A stretch of 64,000 nucleotides of DNA from Gammaproteobacteria bacterium (GTDB lineage Bacteria > Pseudomonadota > Gammaproteobacteria > Arenicellales > Poriferihabitantaceae): the NCBI GenBank assembly GCA_028817405.1, contig JAPPPS010000006.1, positions 2,863-66,862 of the forward strand. Reading direction: 5' to 3'. Both the position numbers and the translations under genes were made by a program. Position 1 is the stretch's first letter, and every line of letters starts with the position of its first letter. Shown here in pieces: positions 22,114 through 32,576 of the stretch. The notes beneath the pieces are model-generated. The model was not told the DNA's origin and ran no database searches. It saw only the letters and a list, made by a program, of their open reading frames with translations.

Positions 22114-23208
22114 TTACATCGCCCCGGCCGGCGCGGCCCCGGCCACCCCGCCGGCCCCGGCCACCGCGAGTTTTTCGGCCACGCGCATCACCGCGCTGCG
22201 CGCGCGACGGTTGGCTTCGACCTCGGCCGCGGCCGGCCGGCGCGCCTTGCCGATGAGTTTCACGGACGGGCGGAGTTGGCTGACGGTGACCGGCGCGTCC
22301 GGCGGATACGGGTCGCCGCGCGCCGCCTCGCGCAGGAAGCGTTTGACGATGCGGTCTTCCAACGAATGAAAACTGATGACCACCAGCCGCCCGCCCGCGG
22401 CCAGGCCGGCCACCGCCTGCGGCAGCGCGCGGCGCACCTCGCCGAGTTCGTCGTTCACGGCGATGCGGATGGCTTGGAAAGTGCGGGTGGCCGGGTGTTT
22501 GCGCGCGGCTGGTTTGGGTTTGCCGGCGCCGGCCCGGCGCGGCTGGCGGGATTTGTGGGGCGCGGCGGCGGCGACCAACCGCGCCAACTCCACGGTGTCG
22601 GCAATCGGGCCGCGCGCCAAAGCGCGTTTAATCGCGCCGGCGATGGCGCGGGCAAAACGCTCCTCGCCGAACGCGCGCAGCGCCGCCGCCAACTCGCGCT
22701 CGTCAACCCGCGCCAACCACTCGGCCGCGGTCGCGCCGGCGGTGGCGTCCATGCGCATGTCCAGCGGCCCGGCGGCGGTGAAACTGAAGCCGCGCGCGGG
22801 CGTGTCCAACTGCGCCGACGACACGCCGAAGTCAAACAGCATGCCGGCCACCCGGCCGCGCAAGCCGCGCGATTCGAGGATTTCGCCCAAGCGCGAGAAC
22901 GGCGCGTGGATGATTTCGACTCGCGCCCCGCCGTCCCCGCCATCGCCGCTACCGTCACCGCCGCCGCCGTCCCCGTCGCCCAATGCCAGCCGCGCGCAGG
23001 CCACGGCCTCGGCGTCGCGGTCAATCGCCAGCAGCCGGCCGCCGGGCCCGAGCGCGCGCAGGCGGCCGAGAATCGCGCGCGCATGGCCGCCGCCGCCGCA
23101 GGTGGCGTCGACCACGCAGTCGCCGGGCGCGAGGTTCAGCGCCGCCACGGCTGCGTCTTTCATGACCGGAATGTGGGCCGGGCCGGCCACGGTGGCGGCG
23201 GCGTTCAT
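22114..23208 (-). CDS. rsmH: 16S rRNA m4C1402 methyltransferase
   Basis: HIPVM, DATCGGGGH, RGFSF..GPLDMRMD, HPATRTFQAIRI, SFHSLEDRIVK. Confidence 0.97.
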   Translation of the reverse strand: MNAAATVAGPAHIPVMKDAAVAALNLAPGDCVVDATCGGGGHARAILGRLRALGPGGRLLAIDRDAEAVACARLALGDGDGGGGDGSGDGGDGGARVEIIHAPFSRLGEILESRGLRGRVAGMLFDFGVSSAQLDTPARGFSFTAAGPLDMRMDATAGATAAEWLARVDERELAAALRAFGEERFARAIAGAIKRALARGPIADTVELARLVAAAAPHKSRQPRRAGAGKPKPAARKHPATRTFQAIRIAVNDELGEVRRALPQAVAGLAAGGRLVVISFHSLEDRIVKRFLREAARGDPYPPDAPVTVSQLRPSVKLIGKARRPAAAEVEANRRARSAVMRVAEKLAVAGAGGVAGAAPAGAM

Positions 23209-23678
23209 AGCGACAGTTGCTCCAGTTCCGGCGAAATCTTGTCCATGTCGATGGCATCGGCGAGCCACTGGTCGTGGCGGGCGCGCCATTTTTCCTCGCT
23301 CCAGAGTTCGAATTTGTTGCTCTGGCCGATGAGGCAGACGCCCTTGCCGATGGCGGCGAAGTCGCGCAGCAACGCCGGCAGCAGCACCCGCCCGCTGCGG
23401 TCCATTTCCATGTCGCTGGCGTAGCCGATGAAAAACCGCTTGAACACGCGGTGGTTGGCGTCGAAGTCCGGCAACGCCGCGACTTTCTTGGCGACGCGCT
23501 TCCAGGCGTCGCGCGGATACATCCACAAACTGCGGTCGTCGCGCTCCTTGCCGACCGAGAAACTGACCGTGGTCACCAACTGGCCGCCGCTGCGCGCGGC
23601 CAACGCCTCACGGTAGCGGCTGGGAATCGCCAGCCGCCCCTTGGCGTCCAACTGGATGATACTGGCTCCGGTGAGCAT
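23205..23678 (-). CDS. mraZ: division/cell-wall cluster transcriptional repressor
   Basis: LDAKGRLAIP and MDRSGRVLLP SpoVT-AbrB repeats, GQSNKFELW. Confidence 0.96.
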   Translation of the reverse strand: MLTGASIIQLDAKGRLAIPSRYREALAARSGGQLVTTVSFSVGKERDDRSLWMYPRDAWKRVAKKVAALPDFDANHRVFKRFFIGYASDMEMDRSGRVLLPALLRDFAAIGKGVCLIGQSNKFELWSEEKWRARHDQWLADAIDMDKISPELEQLSL

Positions 23679-23694
23679 GACGGTTTGGTGGTGG

Positions 23695-23870
23695 GTGACG
23701 GTGGTTTGGGTGGCGCGGCGATGGCGACGGTTGCGGGTGGCGATGGCGACGGTTGCGGGTGGCGATGGCGGCGATTGGCGACGGTGGTGGCGGCGATGGC
23801 GACGGTTGCGGGTGGCGACGGCGATGGCGACGGTTGCGGGCGACGGCGATGGCGACGGTTTGGCACGGTG
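23695..23870. repeat. imperfect tandem repeat (GGCGATGGCGACGGTTGCGGGT-type units) in the mraZ 5' leader
   Basis: About 5 copies of ggcgatggcgacggt(tgcgggt) between the promoter and the mraZ start. Confidence 0.85.
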
Positions 23871-23928
23871 GCGGCGCGCGGCCGGCCGCGCCACAATGCG
23901 GCGCACGCTGAGGAATTCCGGGAAAATT

Positions 23929-23993
23929 CCCCACAACCCACCACTTTTCCGCTACATTTCTCCACTATACGGACGCGCCGCGCCGAATGTCAA
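23929..23993 (-). promoter_or_regulatory. dcw sigma70 promoter with MraZ binding boxes
   Basis: Minus strand TTGACA (23993-23988)-18 bp-TATAGT (23969-23964), followed by GTGGAG/GTAGCG/GTGGTG/GTGGGG at about 10-bp spacing, matching the known GTGG-type MraZ repeats. Confidence 0.85.
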
Positions 23994-24011
23994 GCGAAAA
24001 TCGAGGAAAAA

Positions 24012-25487
24012 ATGACCCGCTTACCGACCCAAAAATCGCGCCGAATTCGGCCCACCGCGCCGCCCAAGCCCACGGTAGCGGGGAAGTCCGGGGCCCCGGC
24101 CGCGGGGAAGTCCGGGCCCGGGTCCGCGGCCGCCGCGGCCGCGACGGTCGCCCCCGCATCGCCGCCCGGCCGCCCGGCCCGGCCGCCGCTGGCGTTGTAC
24201 GCGCATTTCCCGTGGTGCGTGAAAAAATGCCCGTATTGCGACTTCAACTCGCATCCGCTGCGCGCCGCCATCGACCAAGACGCGTATATCGACGCCCTGC
24301 TGCGCGACTTGGACGGCGACATCGCGCGCTACGCCTTGAACGAAAGTGGCCGCCGCAAGCGGCAACTGGCGGCGATTTTCTTGGGCGGCGGCACGCCGAG
24401 TTTGTTCAGCGCGGCCGCGATTGGCCGCCTGCTGCGCGGAATTGGCGACCGTCTGCCGCTCGCGCGCGGCATCGAAATCACCCTGGAAGCCAACCCCGGC
24501 GGCGTTGAACATGACGATTTCGCCGCCTACCGCGCCGCCGGCGTGAACCGCTTGTCGCTCGGCGCGCAGAGTTTTGAAGACGCGCAGTTGGCGAAACTCG
24601 GGCGAATCCACTCAGCCGACGACACCCGACGCGCGGTCGCGGCCGCGCGCGCAGCCGGTTTCGACAACCTCAACCTCGACTTGATGCACGGCCTGCCTGG
24701 CCAGACAACCGCCGATGCCGGGCGCGATTTGGACGCGGCGTTGGCGCTCGCGCCGGCGCATTTGTCGCTGTACCAACTCACCATCGAGCCGCACACCGCC
24801 TTCCACCGTCGCCCGCCGCGCCTGCCAAACGCCGACCGCATCCTCGACATGCAGCGCGCGTTGACGGCCGGGGCCGCGCGCGCCGGCTACCGCCGATACG
24901 AAGTGTCGAGTTATGCCCGGCCCGGCATGCGCTGCCGCCACAACCTCAACTACTGGCGCTTCGGCGACTACCTCGGCATCGGCGCCGGCGCGCACGGCAA
25001 AATCACCGTCGGCGCGGCGGCCCCGCGGCAATTCCCGCCGGGCCCGCTCCCGCCCACGAGCGGGGGACGCGGGAAACCGGACGCCGGGACTGCCCCCGCC
25101 GCCGAGCGGGGGGACGGCAATTTTTCGGCCGCGGACCACGCATCGAGCGCGCAAAAAAACCCCGGCGCGGTGCAGCGATACTGGAAAATCCGGCATCCGG
25201 GCCGATACCTGGCGACCGCCGGCGGCCCCCGGGCCCTCGCCGGCGCGCGCCCAATCGCCGACGCCGACCTCCTGTTCGAGTTCTTAATGAACGCGCTGCG
25301 CCTCACCGACGGCTTCCCGCTGTCCCTGGCCCGCGCCCGCACCCGCCTCCCCACCGCCGAAATCACCGCCGCCCTCGCCAACCCCGTCAACCGCCGATGG
25401 CTGCTGCTCAACCACCACCGCATCCGATGCAGCGCCACCGGCTACCGTCTACTCAACGAAATCCTGCAAGAACTTCTGCCGGAATAA
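24012..25487 (+). CDS. hemW: radical SAM heme chaperone HemW (HemN-like)
   Basis: LYAHFPWCVKKCPYCDFNS (CxxxCxxC), GGGTPS, EITLEANP, HNLNYW.FGDYLGIGAGAHGK; start uncertain. Confidence 0.93.
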   Translation: MTRLPTQKSRRIRPTAPPKPTVAGKSGAPAAGKSGPGSAAAAAATVAPASPPGRPARPPLALYAHFPWCVKKCPYCDFNSHPLRAAIDQDAYIDALLRDLDGDIARYALNESGRRKRQLAAIFLGGGTPSLFSAAAIGRLLRGIGDRLPLARGIEITLEANPGGVEHDDFAAYRAAGVNRLSLGAQSFEDAQLAKLGRIHSADDTRRAVAAARAAGFDNLNLDLMHGLPGQTTADAGRDLDAALALAPAHLSLYQLTIEPHTAFHRRPPRLPNADRILDMQRALTAGAARAGYRRYEVSSYARPGMRCRHNLNYWRFGDYLGIGAGAHGKITVGAAAPRQFPPGPLPPTSGGRGKPDAGTAPAAERGDGNFSAADHASSAQKNPGAVQRYWKIRHPGRYLATAGGPRALAGARPIADADLLFEFLMNALRLTDGFPLSLARARTRLPTAEITAALANPVNRRWLLLNHHRIRCSATGYRLLNEILQELLPE

Positions 25488-25515
25488 CGCGCCCGCGATT
25501 CGGGGTGTTGCTGAT

Positions 25516-26685
25516 TCAGCGTTCCACTAAATCGAGTTTGTGGCGGCTTAATCGTTCGACGGCGGAGTCGGTTACGCGCACCGAATGGCCGAGGCACATG
25601 GCCAGGCCGGCGGCGGAGTCCATGAGAATCATGTGCAGGAAAAATACATTGTCAGTTTCCATCAGCAACGGGTTGCCGCGGTGGAACATCGGCTGTTCCA
25701 TCCAGCACGGCGTGTAGGTCGCGCCCATGCCGTAGCCGCAGGCGTTCAGGCGCGCGTGGCTGAAGCCATGGGCGTCGAACACCCGCGCATGCGCGTCGAA
25801 CACATCGCCCATCGGCGCGCCGGGGCGGACCGCTTCTTCGCATGCCAGCAACGCTTCGACCGCCGCCGCGTGCATGCGTTTTTGTTTGTCGTTTGCCGCG
25901 CCGACGAGTAGCGTGCGCATCATCGCCGCGTGGTAGCGGCGGTGCGCGCCGGACCATTCCAGCGTGAGTTGGTCGCGCGCGTCGAGATGCCGCCGCCCGG
26001 AAAAGTACCGGCACAGCAGCGCGCCGGGACCGGAGCCGATGATGAATTCGTTGCCGGGATAGTCGCCGCCGCCGGCGAAAATCGCGCTGTGCATCGCGGC
26101 CAAGATGTCGCCTTCAAAAGCGCCGGCGCGGGTTGTACGCAGCGCCGCGTCCAACGCGTCGTCGCTCAATTCCGCGGCGCGACGGTGGCAGGCGATTTCG
26201 GCCGCGCTTTTGCGCCGGCGCAACTCGCGCACCAAGTCGGAGGCGTCGACTAACTCGACTTTGCCGACCTTGCCGTCCAGCGCCGCTTCCACGCGGCGGC
26301 CGTGATGCGCGGTCAAGCCGGCGGTCTGCGTCTCAACGCCCAATCGTTTGCCGCGGCCGAGCAGTTCGAGTCGCGCCAACAACGCCGCCAACCGCGCATG
26401 CGGGTCGTCTTCGCCGTCGCGCCAGATGTGAATTTGCGCGTCGGAAAGAATCGAAGTTTGCTGCGCTTGGCGCAAGTCCGGCGCGCGCGTGAGCAACTGC
26501 AAGTCGCCATCGGCCGGCAACACCATGCACTGAAACAACGCAAAGCCGAAAGTGTCGTAGCCGCTCAAGTAGTAGTGACTCTCCGGCGCGAACAGCAACA
26601 AGCCGTCGAGTCCGCGCGCCGCCATGCCGGCCCGCGCGGCGTCGATGCGCGACTGAAATTCGCTGTTGTCGAAGTGCAATGCCAT
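25516..26685 (-). CDS. M24 (Xaa-Pro peptidase/creatinase) family protein
   Basis: Creatinase N-domain (GLDGLLLF..ESHYYLSGYDTFG) plus pita-bread domain. Confidence 0.85.
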   Translation of the reverse strand: MALHFDNSEFQSRIDAARAGMAARGLDGLLLFAPESHYYLSGYDTFGFALFQCMVLPADGDLQLLTRAPDLRQAQQTSILSDAQIHIWRDGEDDPHARLAALLARLELLGRGKRLGVETQTAGLTAHHGRRVEAALDGKVGKVELVDASDLVRELRRRKSAAEIACHRRAAELSDDALDAALRTTRAGAFEGDILAAMHSAIFAGGGDYPGNEFIIGSGPGALLCRYFSGRRHLDARDQLTLEWSGAHRRYHAAMMRTLLVGAANDKQKRMHAAAVEALLACEEAVRPGAPMGDVFDAHARVFDAHGFSHARLNACGYGMGATYTPCWMEQPMFHRGNPLLMETDNVFFLHMILMDSAAGLAMCLGHSVRVTDSAVERLSRHKLDLVER

Positions 26686-26694
26686 GCGCGGAGT

Positions 26695-27879
26695 TTAACA
26701 AAACGCCTGCAACCCGGTCTGCGCGCGGCCGAGCACCAAGGCGTGGATGTCGTGCGTGCCTTCGTAGGTGTTGACGGTTTCCAAGTTTGCCATGTGGCGG
26801 ATGACATGATATTCGTCGGCGATGCCGTTGGCGCCGTGCATGTCGCGGGACTGGCGGGCGATGTCCAGCGCTTTGCCGCAGTTGTTGCGCTTGATAAGCG
26901 AGATGTTTTCCGGCGCGCAGCGGTGTTCATCGAGCAACCGGCCGATGCGCAGCGCGGCCTGCAAGCCGAGCGCGATTTCGGTTTGCATGTCGGCGAGTTT
27001 TTTCTGCACCAGTTGGTTTTGCGCCAGCGGCCGGCCGAATTGTTGGCGCGCCAAAGTGTAGTCGCGCGCCGCGTGCCAGCAAAACTCGGCCGCGCCCATG
27101 ACGCCCCAAGCGATGCCGTATCGCGCTTTGTTGAGGCAGCCGAACGGCGCGGCCAAGCCGCGCGCGCCGGGCAGACGGTTCTCTTCCGGCACGAATACTT
27201 TGTCGAGCGCGAGGCCGCCGGTTGATGACGCGCGCAAACTCATTTTGCCTTCGATTTTCGAGGCGCTGAAACCGTCCATGCCGCGTTCGACGATGAAGCC
27301 GTTGATGACGCCGTCGAGTTTCGCCCACACGATGGCGAGGTCGGCGATGGGCGCGTTGGTGAGCCAGGTTTTTGCGCCGGTTAGCCGGTAACCACCCGCG
27401 ACTTTTTCGGCGCGCGTTAGCATGCCGCCGGGGTCCGAGCCGTGTTCCGGTTCGGTCAAGCCGAAGCAGCCGATGCATTCCCCGCGCGCCAGCAGCGGCA
27501 GGTATTTTTGCTTCTGCGCGTCCGTACCGTACGCATCAATCGGATGCATCACCAGCGACGACTGCACGCTCACGCATGAACGGTAGCCGCTGTCGACGCG
27601 CTCGACTTCGCGCGCCAATAAACCGTACGCGACATGATTCAATTCCGCGCCGCCGTATTGCGCCGGCAGCATCGCGCCAAGCATGCCCAGTTCGCCGAAA
27701 CGCCGCATTAAGTTGGCGTCGAAATTCTCACCGCGGTTGGCGGCGACGATGCCGGGCATTAACTCGCGCTCGCAAAACGCGCGCGCGCTGTCGCGCACGG
27801 TTTTTTCCTCCGCGTTCAACTGCGATTCCAAATCGAACGGGTCATCCCATTGAAACGGGAACGGTGGCGTCGCCATCAT
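26695..27879 (-). CDS. gcdH: glutaryl-CoA dehydrogenase
   Basis: [53 protein letters not shown]. Confidence 0.93.
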   Translation of the reverse strand: MMATPPFPFQWDDPFDLESQLNAEEKTVRDSARAFCERELMPGIVAANRGENFDANLMRRFGELGMLGAMLPAQYGGAELNHVAYGLLAREVERVDSGYRSCVSVQSSLVMHPIDAYGTDAQKQKYLPLLARGECIGCFGLTEPEHGSDPGGMLTRAEKVAGGYRLTGAKTWLTNAPIADLAIVWAKLDGVINGFIVERGMDGFSASKIEGKMSLRASSTGGLALDKVFVPEENRLPGARGLAAPFGCLNKARYGIAWGVMGAAEFCWHAARDYTLARQQFGRPLAQNQLVQKKLADMQTEIALGLQAALRIGRLLDEHRCAPENISLIKRNNCGKALDIARQSRDMHGANGIADEYHVIRHMANLETVNTYEGTHDIHALVLGRAQTGLQAFC

Positions 27880-27895
27880 GCTCTCCGGTTGACGG

Positions 27896-29554
27896 TTATC
27901 GTTTGCGTTTGCGGCGGCCGCCGAAGCATGCGCTCGCCAACGCCGCGATGCTTAATATTAACAACGCGCCGCCGGCCCATGCGATGCCGGTGGTGACGGT
28001 TGCCGGCGCGACCAATAACAGCAGCGCGCCCAACAACAACCCCACGCCGGTGATGGCGCGCGCGGCGCGCAGTTGCCCGGCGTCGATGCGCTTGGATAAC
28101 GCGGCGATTTCTTCATCGCGCGTGGCCACCGTCAACTCGCCGGTTTTCAATCTGCGCATGAGGTGGTGCAGCAGCCCCGGCAGTTCCGGCGCGGCGGTGA
28201 ACAGGTTCGGCAGTTCGCGGCGCAAGGTGCGCAGCGCGGCGCGCGGGCCGATTTGCTCGCGCGTCCATTTTTCCAAAAACGGTTTGGCGGTTTCCCACAA
28301 GTCGAGTTGCGGGTATAACTGGCGGCCGAGGCCTTCGATGTTAAGCAGGGTTTTTTGCAGCAGCACCAACTGCGGCTGCACCGGCATTTGAAAACGATGC
28401 GCGACGCGGAACAAGTCGATGAGAAAACCGCCGAAAGAAATTTCGCTGATGGGTTTGGCGAACACCGGCTCGCATACGCGGCGAATCGCGCTCTCGAAGT
28501 CTTCGGTGACGGTGCCGGGCGGCACCCAGCCGGCGCGAATGTGCGCATCGGCGACGCGACGGTAGTCGCGGTCGAAGAACGCCAACAAGTTTTCCGCGAG
28601 GTAACGTTTGTCGGTGGCGCTTAATGTCCCCATGATGCCGAAGTCAACCGCGCGGTATTGGCCGGTCTCGGATACAAAAATGTTGCCGGGATGCATGTCG
28701 GCGTGGAAGAAACCGTCGCGAAACGCCTGGGTGAAAAATATTTCAACACCGTCGTGCGCGAGTTTTTTCAGGTCGATGCCGGCCGCGGTGATTTCATCCA
28801 CGCAGCGAATCGGAATGCCGCGAATGCGCTCCATCACCATGACATTGCGCCGCGTGTGTTCCCAGTAAACTTGCGGCACATAAATCAAATCCGAGCCGGC
28901 GAAGTTGGCTTTCAACTGGCTGGCGTTCGCCGCTTCATGCAGCAAGTCGAGTTCGTTGTGAATGGTCTTGTCGTAGTCGGTGACGATTTCTTTCGGCTTG
29001 ACGCGCGGCGCTTCGCTCCAGTACCGCTCAGCCAAGTCGGCCAACGCATGCAGCAGTTCCAAGTCGCGCTCGATGATGTCATGCACGCCGGGCCGCAGCA
29101 CCTTGACCACCACTTCGCTGCCGTCTTTGAGTTCGGCGAAGTGCACTTGCGCGACCGAGGCCGAGGCGGTCGACACCGGGTCGAATGACTGAAAATGTTG
29201 CGCGATGGAATCGCCGTACGCGCGTTCAACAATCGCGCGCGCCTCGGCGCCGGGAAACGGCGGCACTTTGTCCTGCAGGCGCACCAGTTCCGCGGCGATG
29301 TCGGCCGGCAGCAAGTCCGGGCGGGTGGAAAGCGCCTGGCCGAACTTGACGAACACCGGGCCCAATTCTTCCAGCGCCTCGCGCAAGCGGCGGCCGCGCG
29401 GAATGCCGGCGTCTTTGCGTCGCCATCGATTCGGCAATGCCTTGAACAGAAACGCGTACGGCTTGAACAAGTTCAACGCGCAGATGAACTCATCCAGGTT
29501 GTGCCGGATTAATACGCGGGCGATGCGCAGCAGATGGAAGAAGTTTTTGCCCAC
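27896..29554 (-). CDS. ubiB: ubiquinone biosynthesis kinase-like protein UbiB
   Basis: [47 protein letters not shown]; start uncertain (GTG 29554 or ATG about 29620). Confidence 0.96.
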   Translation of the reverse strand: MGKNFFHLLRIARVLIRHNLDEFICALNLFKPYAFLFKALPNRWRRKDAGIPRGRRLREALEELGPVFVKFGQALSTRPDLLPADIAAELVRLQDKVPPFPGAEARAIVERAYGDSIAQHFQSFDPVSTASASVAQVHFAELKDGSEVVVKVLRPGVHDIIERDLELLHALADLAERYWSEAPRVKPKEIVTDYDKTIHNELDLLHEAANASQLKANFAGSDLIYVPQVYWEHTRRNVMVMERIRGIPIRCVDEITAAGIDLKKLAHDGVEIFFTQAFRDGFFHADMHPGNIFVSETGQYRAVDFGIMGTLSATDKRYLAENLLAFFDRDYRRVADAHIRAGWVPPGTVTEDFESAIRRVCEPVFAKPISEISFGGFLIDLFRVAHRFQMPVQPQLVLLQKTLLNIEGLGRQLYPQLDLWETAKPFLEKWTREQIGPRAALRTLRRELPNLFTAAPELPGLLHHLMRRLKTGELTVATRDEEIAALSKRIDAGQLRAARAITGVGLLLGALLLLVAPATVTTGIAWAGGALLILSIAALASACFGGRRKRKR

Positions 29555-29567
29555 AGGAATCGCCGGT

Positions 29568-30332
29568 TCAGTTTCGACCGCGGTTTTGTTCGCGGCTTTG
29601 GTCACGGTCGCGCGCGCCATCGCGGCCGTCGATGGCGCGTTTGATGCGCTGCACGCGCTGCGCGAGACGGTCGACATCGGCGCGCGTTTGGTCGACTTGG
29701 TGTTCGAAACGCCGCGCCGCGGTGTCGGTCGCGAGCGTTTGTTTTTCTTCGCTTAAATAATCGGCCGCGTTTTCGCGCGCGAAAGCAAAAGACTGTTCAG
29801 CCCATTCGCCTAATCCGCGCAACGCGTTGCCGAGTTTGCGCGCCGGGGTGTCGCCGATGTTGCGCGCCAATAATTCTTCCCAGTCCAAGTCGAGTTCGGC
29901 GATGATTTTGCGAAACGCTTGGCCGACTTCGGCGTCGCCGCGCACCGTCACCCGGTGTTTTTCATGCGCGCCGTTGGCATGTTTTGCTCCTGTGTTTGTG
30001 GCGTTGCCGGTTGCATTGCTTGAGCCGCGGCGGCCGGCCGCCAAGTTGGCAAGCGCCAACGCCGAGCCGCTGATGGTTACATCCGCTTGGTTGTCGACGC
30101 GGCCATGGCCGTCGCCGCCACCGTCGCCATCATCGCCCAGGTCGCGGCGAAACTCGATGCCGGTGACGGCCGGCAGTACGTACAGTACCAACGGCGGCGC
30201 GGTCACTTCAATGCACAATACTTTGCCTTGCAACTGCGCCAAGCGGCGGCGGCCGTCGGGGTCGGAACTGAGGACTGTATCGGCCGCGGCGTTCAGCGCG
30301 CCGAGCAAGGCATCGGTGAGTTGGTGTTTCAT
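29568..30332 (-). CDS. ubiJ: ubiquinone biosynthesis accessory factor (SCP2 domain)
   Basis: Between ubiE and ubiB; LDWEELL..IGD, DYLSEEK, coiled-coil tail. Confidence 0.88.
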   Translation of the reverse strand: MKHQLTDALLGALNAAADTVLSSDPDGRRRLAQLQGKVLCIEVTAPPLVLYVLPAVTGIEFRRDLGDDGDGGGDGHGRVDNQADVTISGSALALANLAAGRRGSSNATGNATNTGAKHANGAHEKHRVTVRGDAEVGQAFRKIIAELDLDWEELLARNIGDTPARKLGNALRGLGEWAEQSFAFARENAADYLSEEKQTLATDTAARRFEHQVDQTRADVDRLAQRVQRIKRAIDGRDGARDRDQSREQNRGRN

Positions 30333-30374
30333 CGGGCGGCGTTCATGGTTTATGCCGGCATGGCGGAACCGGAG

Positions 30375-31262
30375 TCAATACTTAAACCCGATGTGCAACG
30401 CGACGATGCCGGCGCTTAAGTTGTGAATCTTAACTTCGTCAAACCCCGCGCCGCGCATCAGCGCTTTCAACGCATGCTGGTCGGGATGGCGGCGGATGGA
30501 TTCAACCAGATAACGGTAACTCGATTCGTCACCCGCGACCAATTTACCAAGCGCGGGGATGACCGCGAATGAATAACCGTCGTAGATTTTATTCAACCAC
30601 GGAATGAGCGGTTTGGAAAACTCCAGCACCAACAACCGGCCGCCGGGCCGCAACACGCGATGGAGCGACGCCAACGCCTCGCGCGGATGCGTCACATTGC
30701 GCAAGCCGAACGCCATCGACACGCAGTCGAAAGTATCGTCATCGAACGGCAGTTGTTCAGCGTCGGCCAATGCGTATTCCATGTTGGCGAGGCCCGCATC
30801 CAACATCCGACTCTTGCCCTCGGCCAACATCGCGGCGTTGATGTCGGTCAGCACGACCCGGCCGGCGCGCCCGACTTGGCGCGCCAACAACTTCGCCATG
30901 TCGCCGCTGCCGCCGGCCGCATCCAGCACCGCATCACCGTGCCGCAGCGCGCTCTGCGACGCCGCGAAACGCTTCCACCCCCGATGCGCGCCGAACGACA
31001 TCAAGTCGTTCATTAAATCATAACGCCCGGCCACCGAGCGAAACACCTCGCCGACCAGTCGCGCTTTGTCGGCCGCATCGACGGTCTGGTAACCGAAATG
31101 CGTTGTCCGCTCCGGTGACGGTTGCGCCGGCATCGATTCCGCGCCCACCGATTGCGCGCCGGCCGGTTGCGCCGGCCTCGATTCCGCGCTTTGCACACCG
31201 GCCGATTGCGCGCTGGCAGGTTGCGCGCCGGCCCGCGCGGTTTGGTTTTGCGTTGACATCAT
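30375..31262 (-). CDS. ubiE: ubiquinone/menaquinone C-methyltransferase
   Basis: THFGY, YDLMNDLMSFG.HR.WK, AFGLRNVT, YLVESIR.HP. Confidence 0.97.
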   Translation of the reverse strand: MMSTQNQTARAGAQPASAQSAGVQSAESRPAQPAGAQSVGAESMPAQPSPERTTHFGYQTVDAADKARLVGEVFRSVAGRYDLMNDLMSFGAHRGWKRFAASQSALRHGDAVLDAAGGSGDMAKLLARQVGRAGRVVLTDINAAMLAEGKSRMLDAGLANMEYALADAEQLPFDDDTFDCVSMAFGLRNVTHPREALASLHRVLRPGGRLLVLEFSKPLIPWLNKIYDGYSFAVIPALGKLVAGDESSYRYLVESIRRHPDQHALKALMRGAGFDEVKIHNLSAGIVALHIGFKY

Positions 31263-31280
31263 TCGCCGGCCCGGCCGCGG

Positions 31281-31646
31281 TCACGAATCCAGTTGGCGTT
31301 CATGCCCGGCAGATTTCAGTTGCGCAAGATAGTCGCGCCAGTTCTCGGCCTGATTCACGCCGAGCGTATACAGCGTGTCCCACGAATAAATGCCGGTGTC
31401 GTGGCCGTCGTCAAACACCGGCTTGATGGCGTAGTTGCCGACCGGCTCGATGCGCTCGATATTGACCCGCTCCTTGCCGACCTGCAGCACGCCCTGCCCG
31501 GGCCCATGCCCCTGCACCTCCGCCGACGGCGAATGCACGCGCAAATACTCGCAACTCATCTCAAACGAAGCGCCGTCGTCAAACGCCACGGTCAGCATGC
31601 GCGTCTTGCGGTTAAGATTAATTTCGGTTGGGGTGTGTTTGCTCAT
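31281..31646 (-). CDS. DUF971 (gamma-butyrobetaine hydroxylase-like N-domain) protein
   Basis: EYLRVHSPSAEVQGHG, PVGNYA, FDDGHDTGIYSW; commonly upstream of ubiE. Confidence 0.9.
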   Translation of the reverse strand: MSKHTPTEINLNRKTRMLTVAFDDGASFEMSCEYLRVHSPSAEVQGHGPGQGVLQVGKERVNIERIEPVGNYAIKPVFDDGHDTGIYSWDTLYTLGVNQAENWRDYLAQLKSAGHERQLDS

Positions 31647-31759
31647 GGGCGGCATGTTGCTGAAAGGGCGGTTATTTTACGCCAGAAAAACGGCGGCGGC
31701 TTGTTTTTTGCTGCGCCGGTTGCCGCGCAACAATGGCCGGGCGTGTATAATGGCGCGCC

Positions 31760-32575
31760 ATGAACGACCGCATCATTTTTTCGGGGGACTGCCTCGCCGT
31801 TACGGGCGGGATGCAGGAAGCGTCGGTAGACCTGTCCGTGTTCTCGCCGCCCTACGACGGCATTCGGGATTACAAAAAGGGATGGGTTTTTGATTTCCCC
31901 GCGCTGGGTAGCCAGCTGTACCGAATCACCAAAGACGGCGGCGTGTGCGCAGTCGTCATCGGCGACGGCACGCGGGATTTCGCCAAATCGCTGACCACTT
32001 TCAAGCTGGCGGTTGACTGGTGCGAAAACGCGGGTTGGCGGTTGTTTGAAACCTGCGTTTATCACCGGAGCGGCAACCCCGGCGCCTGGTGGAACCGCCG
32101 ATTCCGGGTTGACCATGAATACATACTGCTGTTTTTCAAAGGCGCCAAGCCGAAGACTTTCAACAAAAAACCGCTCATGGTGCCGAGCAAACACGCCGGC
32201 AAGGTTTATTCGGGCACCGACCGCCTGACGAACGGGGGCTTCAAGAGAATTCGTCCCAAGGCGGTTAATCCGATGAAATGCAGGGGCACCGTCTGGCAAT
32301 ACAGAACCAGCAACACCGAGCGCAACCGCCTGAAACTCAAGCATCCCGCGACTTACCCGGACAAATTAGCGGAGGATTTAATCTTGTGCTTTTCCAATCC
32401 GGGCGAGATGGTGCTTGACCCGATGTGCGGCAGCGGCACCACCTGCGTGATGGCGGTCAGAAACTGCCGCCGGACGATTGGCGTGGAAATCAACGAGGAT
32501 TACTGCGCGATCGCCGATGAGCGCATTAGAAACGAAACCACTCAACAGGGGGTCCTTTTTGAGGATTCGGCGTGA
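31760..32575 (+). CDS. beta-class DNA methyltransferase (SPPY; probably N4-cytosine)
   Basis: FSPPY motif IV, then HPATYP and VLDPMCGSGTT motif I. Confidence 0.92.
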   Translation: MNDRIIFSGDCLAVTGGMQEASVDLSVFSPPYDGIRDYKKGWVFDFPALGSQLYRITKDGGVCAVVIGDGTRDFAKSLTTFKLAVDWCENAGWRLFETCVYHRSGNPGAWWNRRFRVDHEYILLFFKGAKPKTFNKKPLMVPSKHAGKVYSGTDRLTNGGFKRIRPKAVNPMKCRGTVWQYRTSNTERNRLKLKHPATYPDKLAEDLILCFSNPGEMVLDPMCGSGTTCVMAVRNCRRTIGVEINEDYCAIADERIRNETTQQGVLFEDSA

Positions 32576-32576
32576 A

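Noticed and set aside
23695-23870. Possible CRISPR array
   Set aside because: Units abut with no unique spacers and there are no cas genes; it is a degenerate tandem repeat.
8446-25487. Very long ORF-track entries (e.g. 18313-21492, 14170-16491, 11895-13964, 23217-25487) suggesting gene fusions
   Set aside because: These are upstream extensions through alternative frames of neighbouring genes caused by stop-codon scarcity at high GC; real starts are internal.
24012-25487. Radical SAM gene as the RiPP maturase for the NHLP peptides
   Set aside because: It carries HemW-specific motifs, has no RRE or SPASM domain, and lies about 35 kb away.
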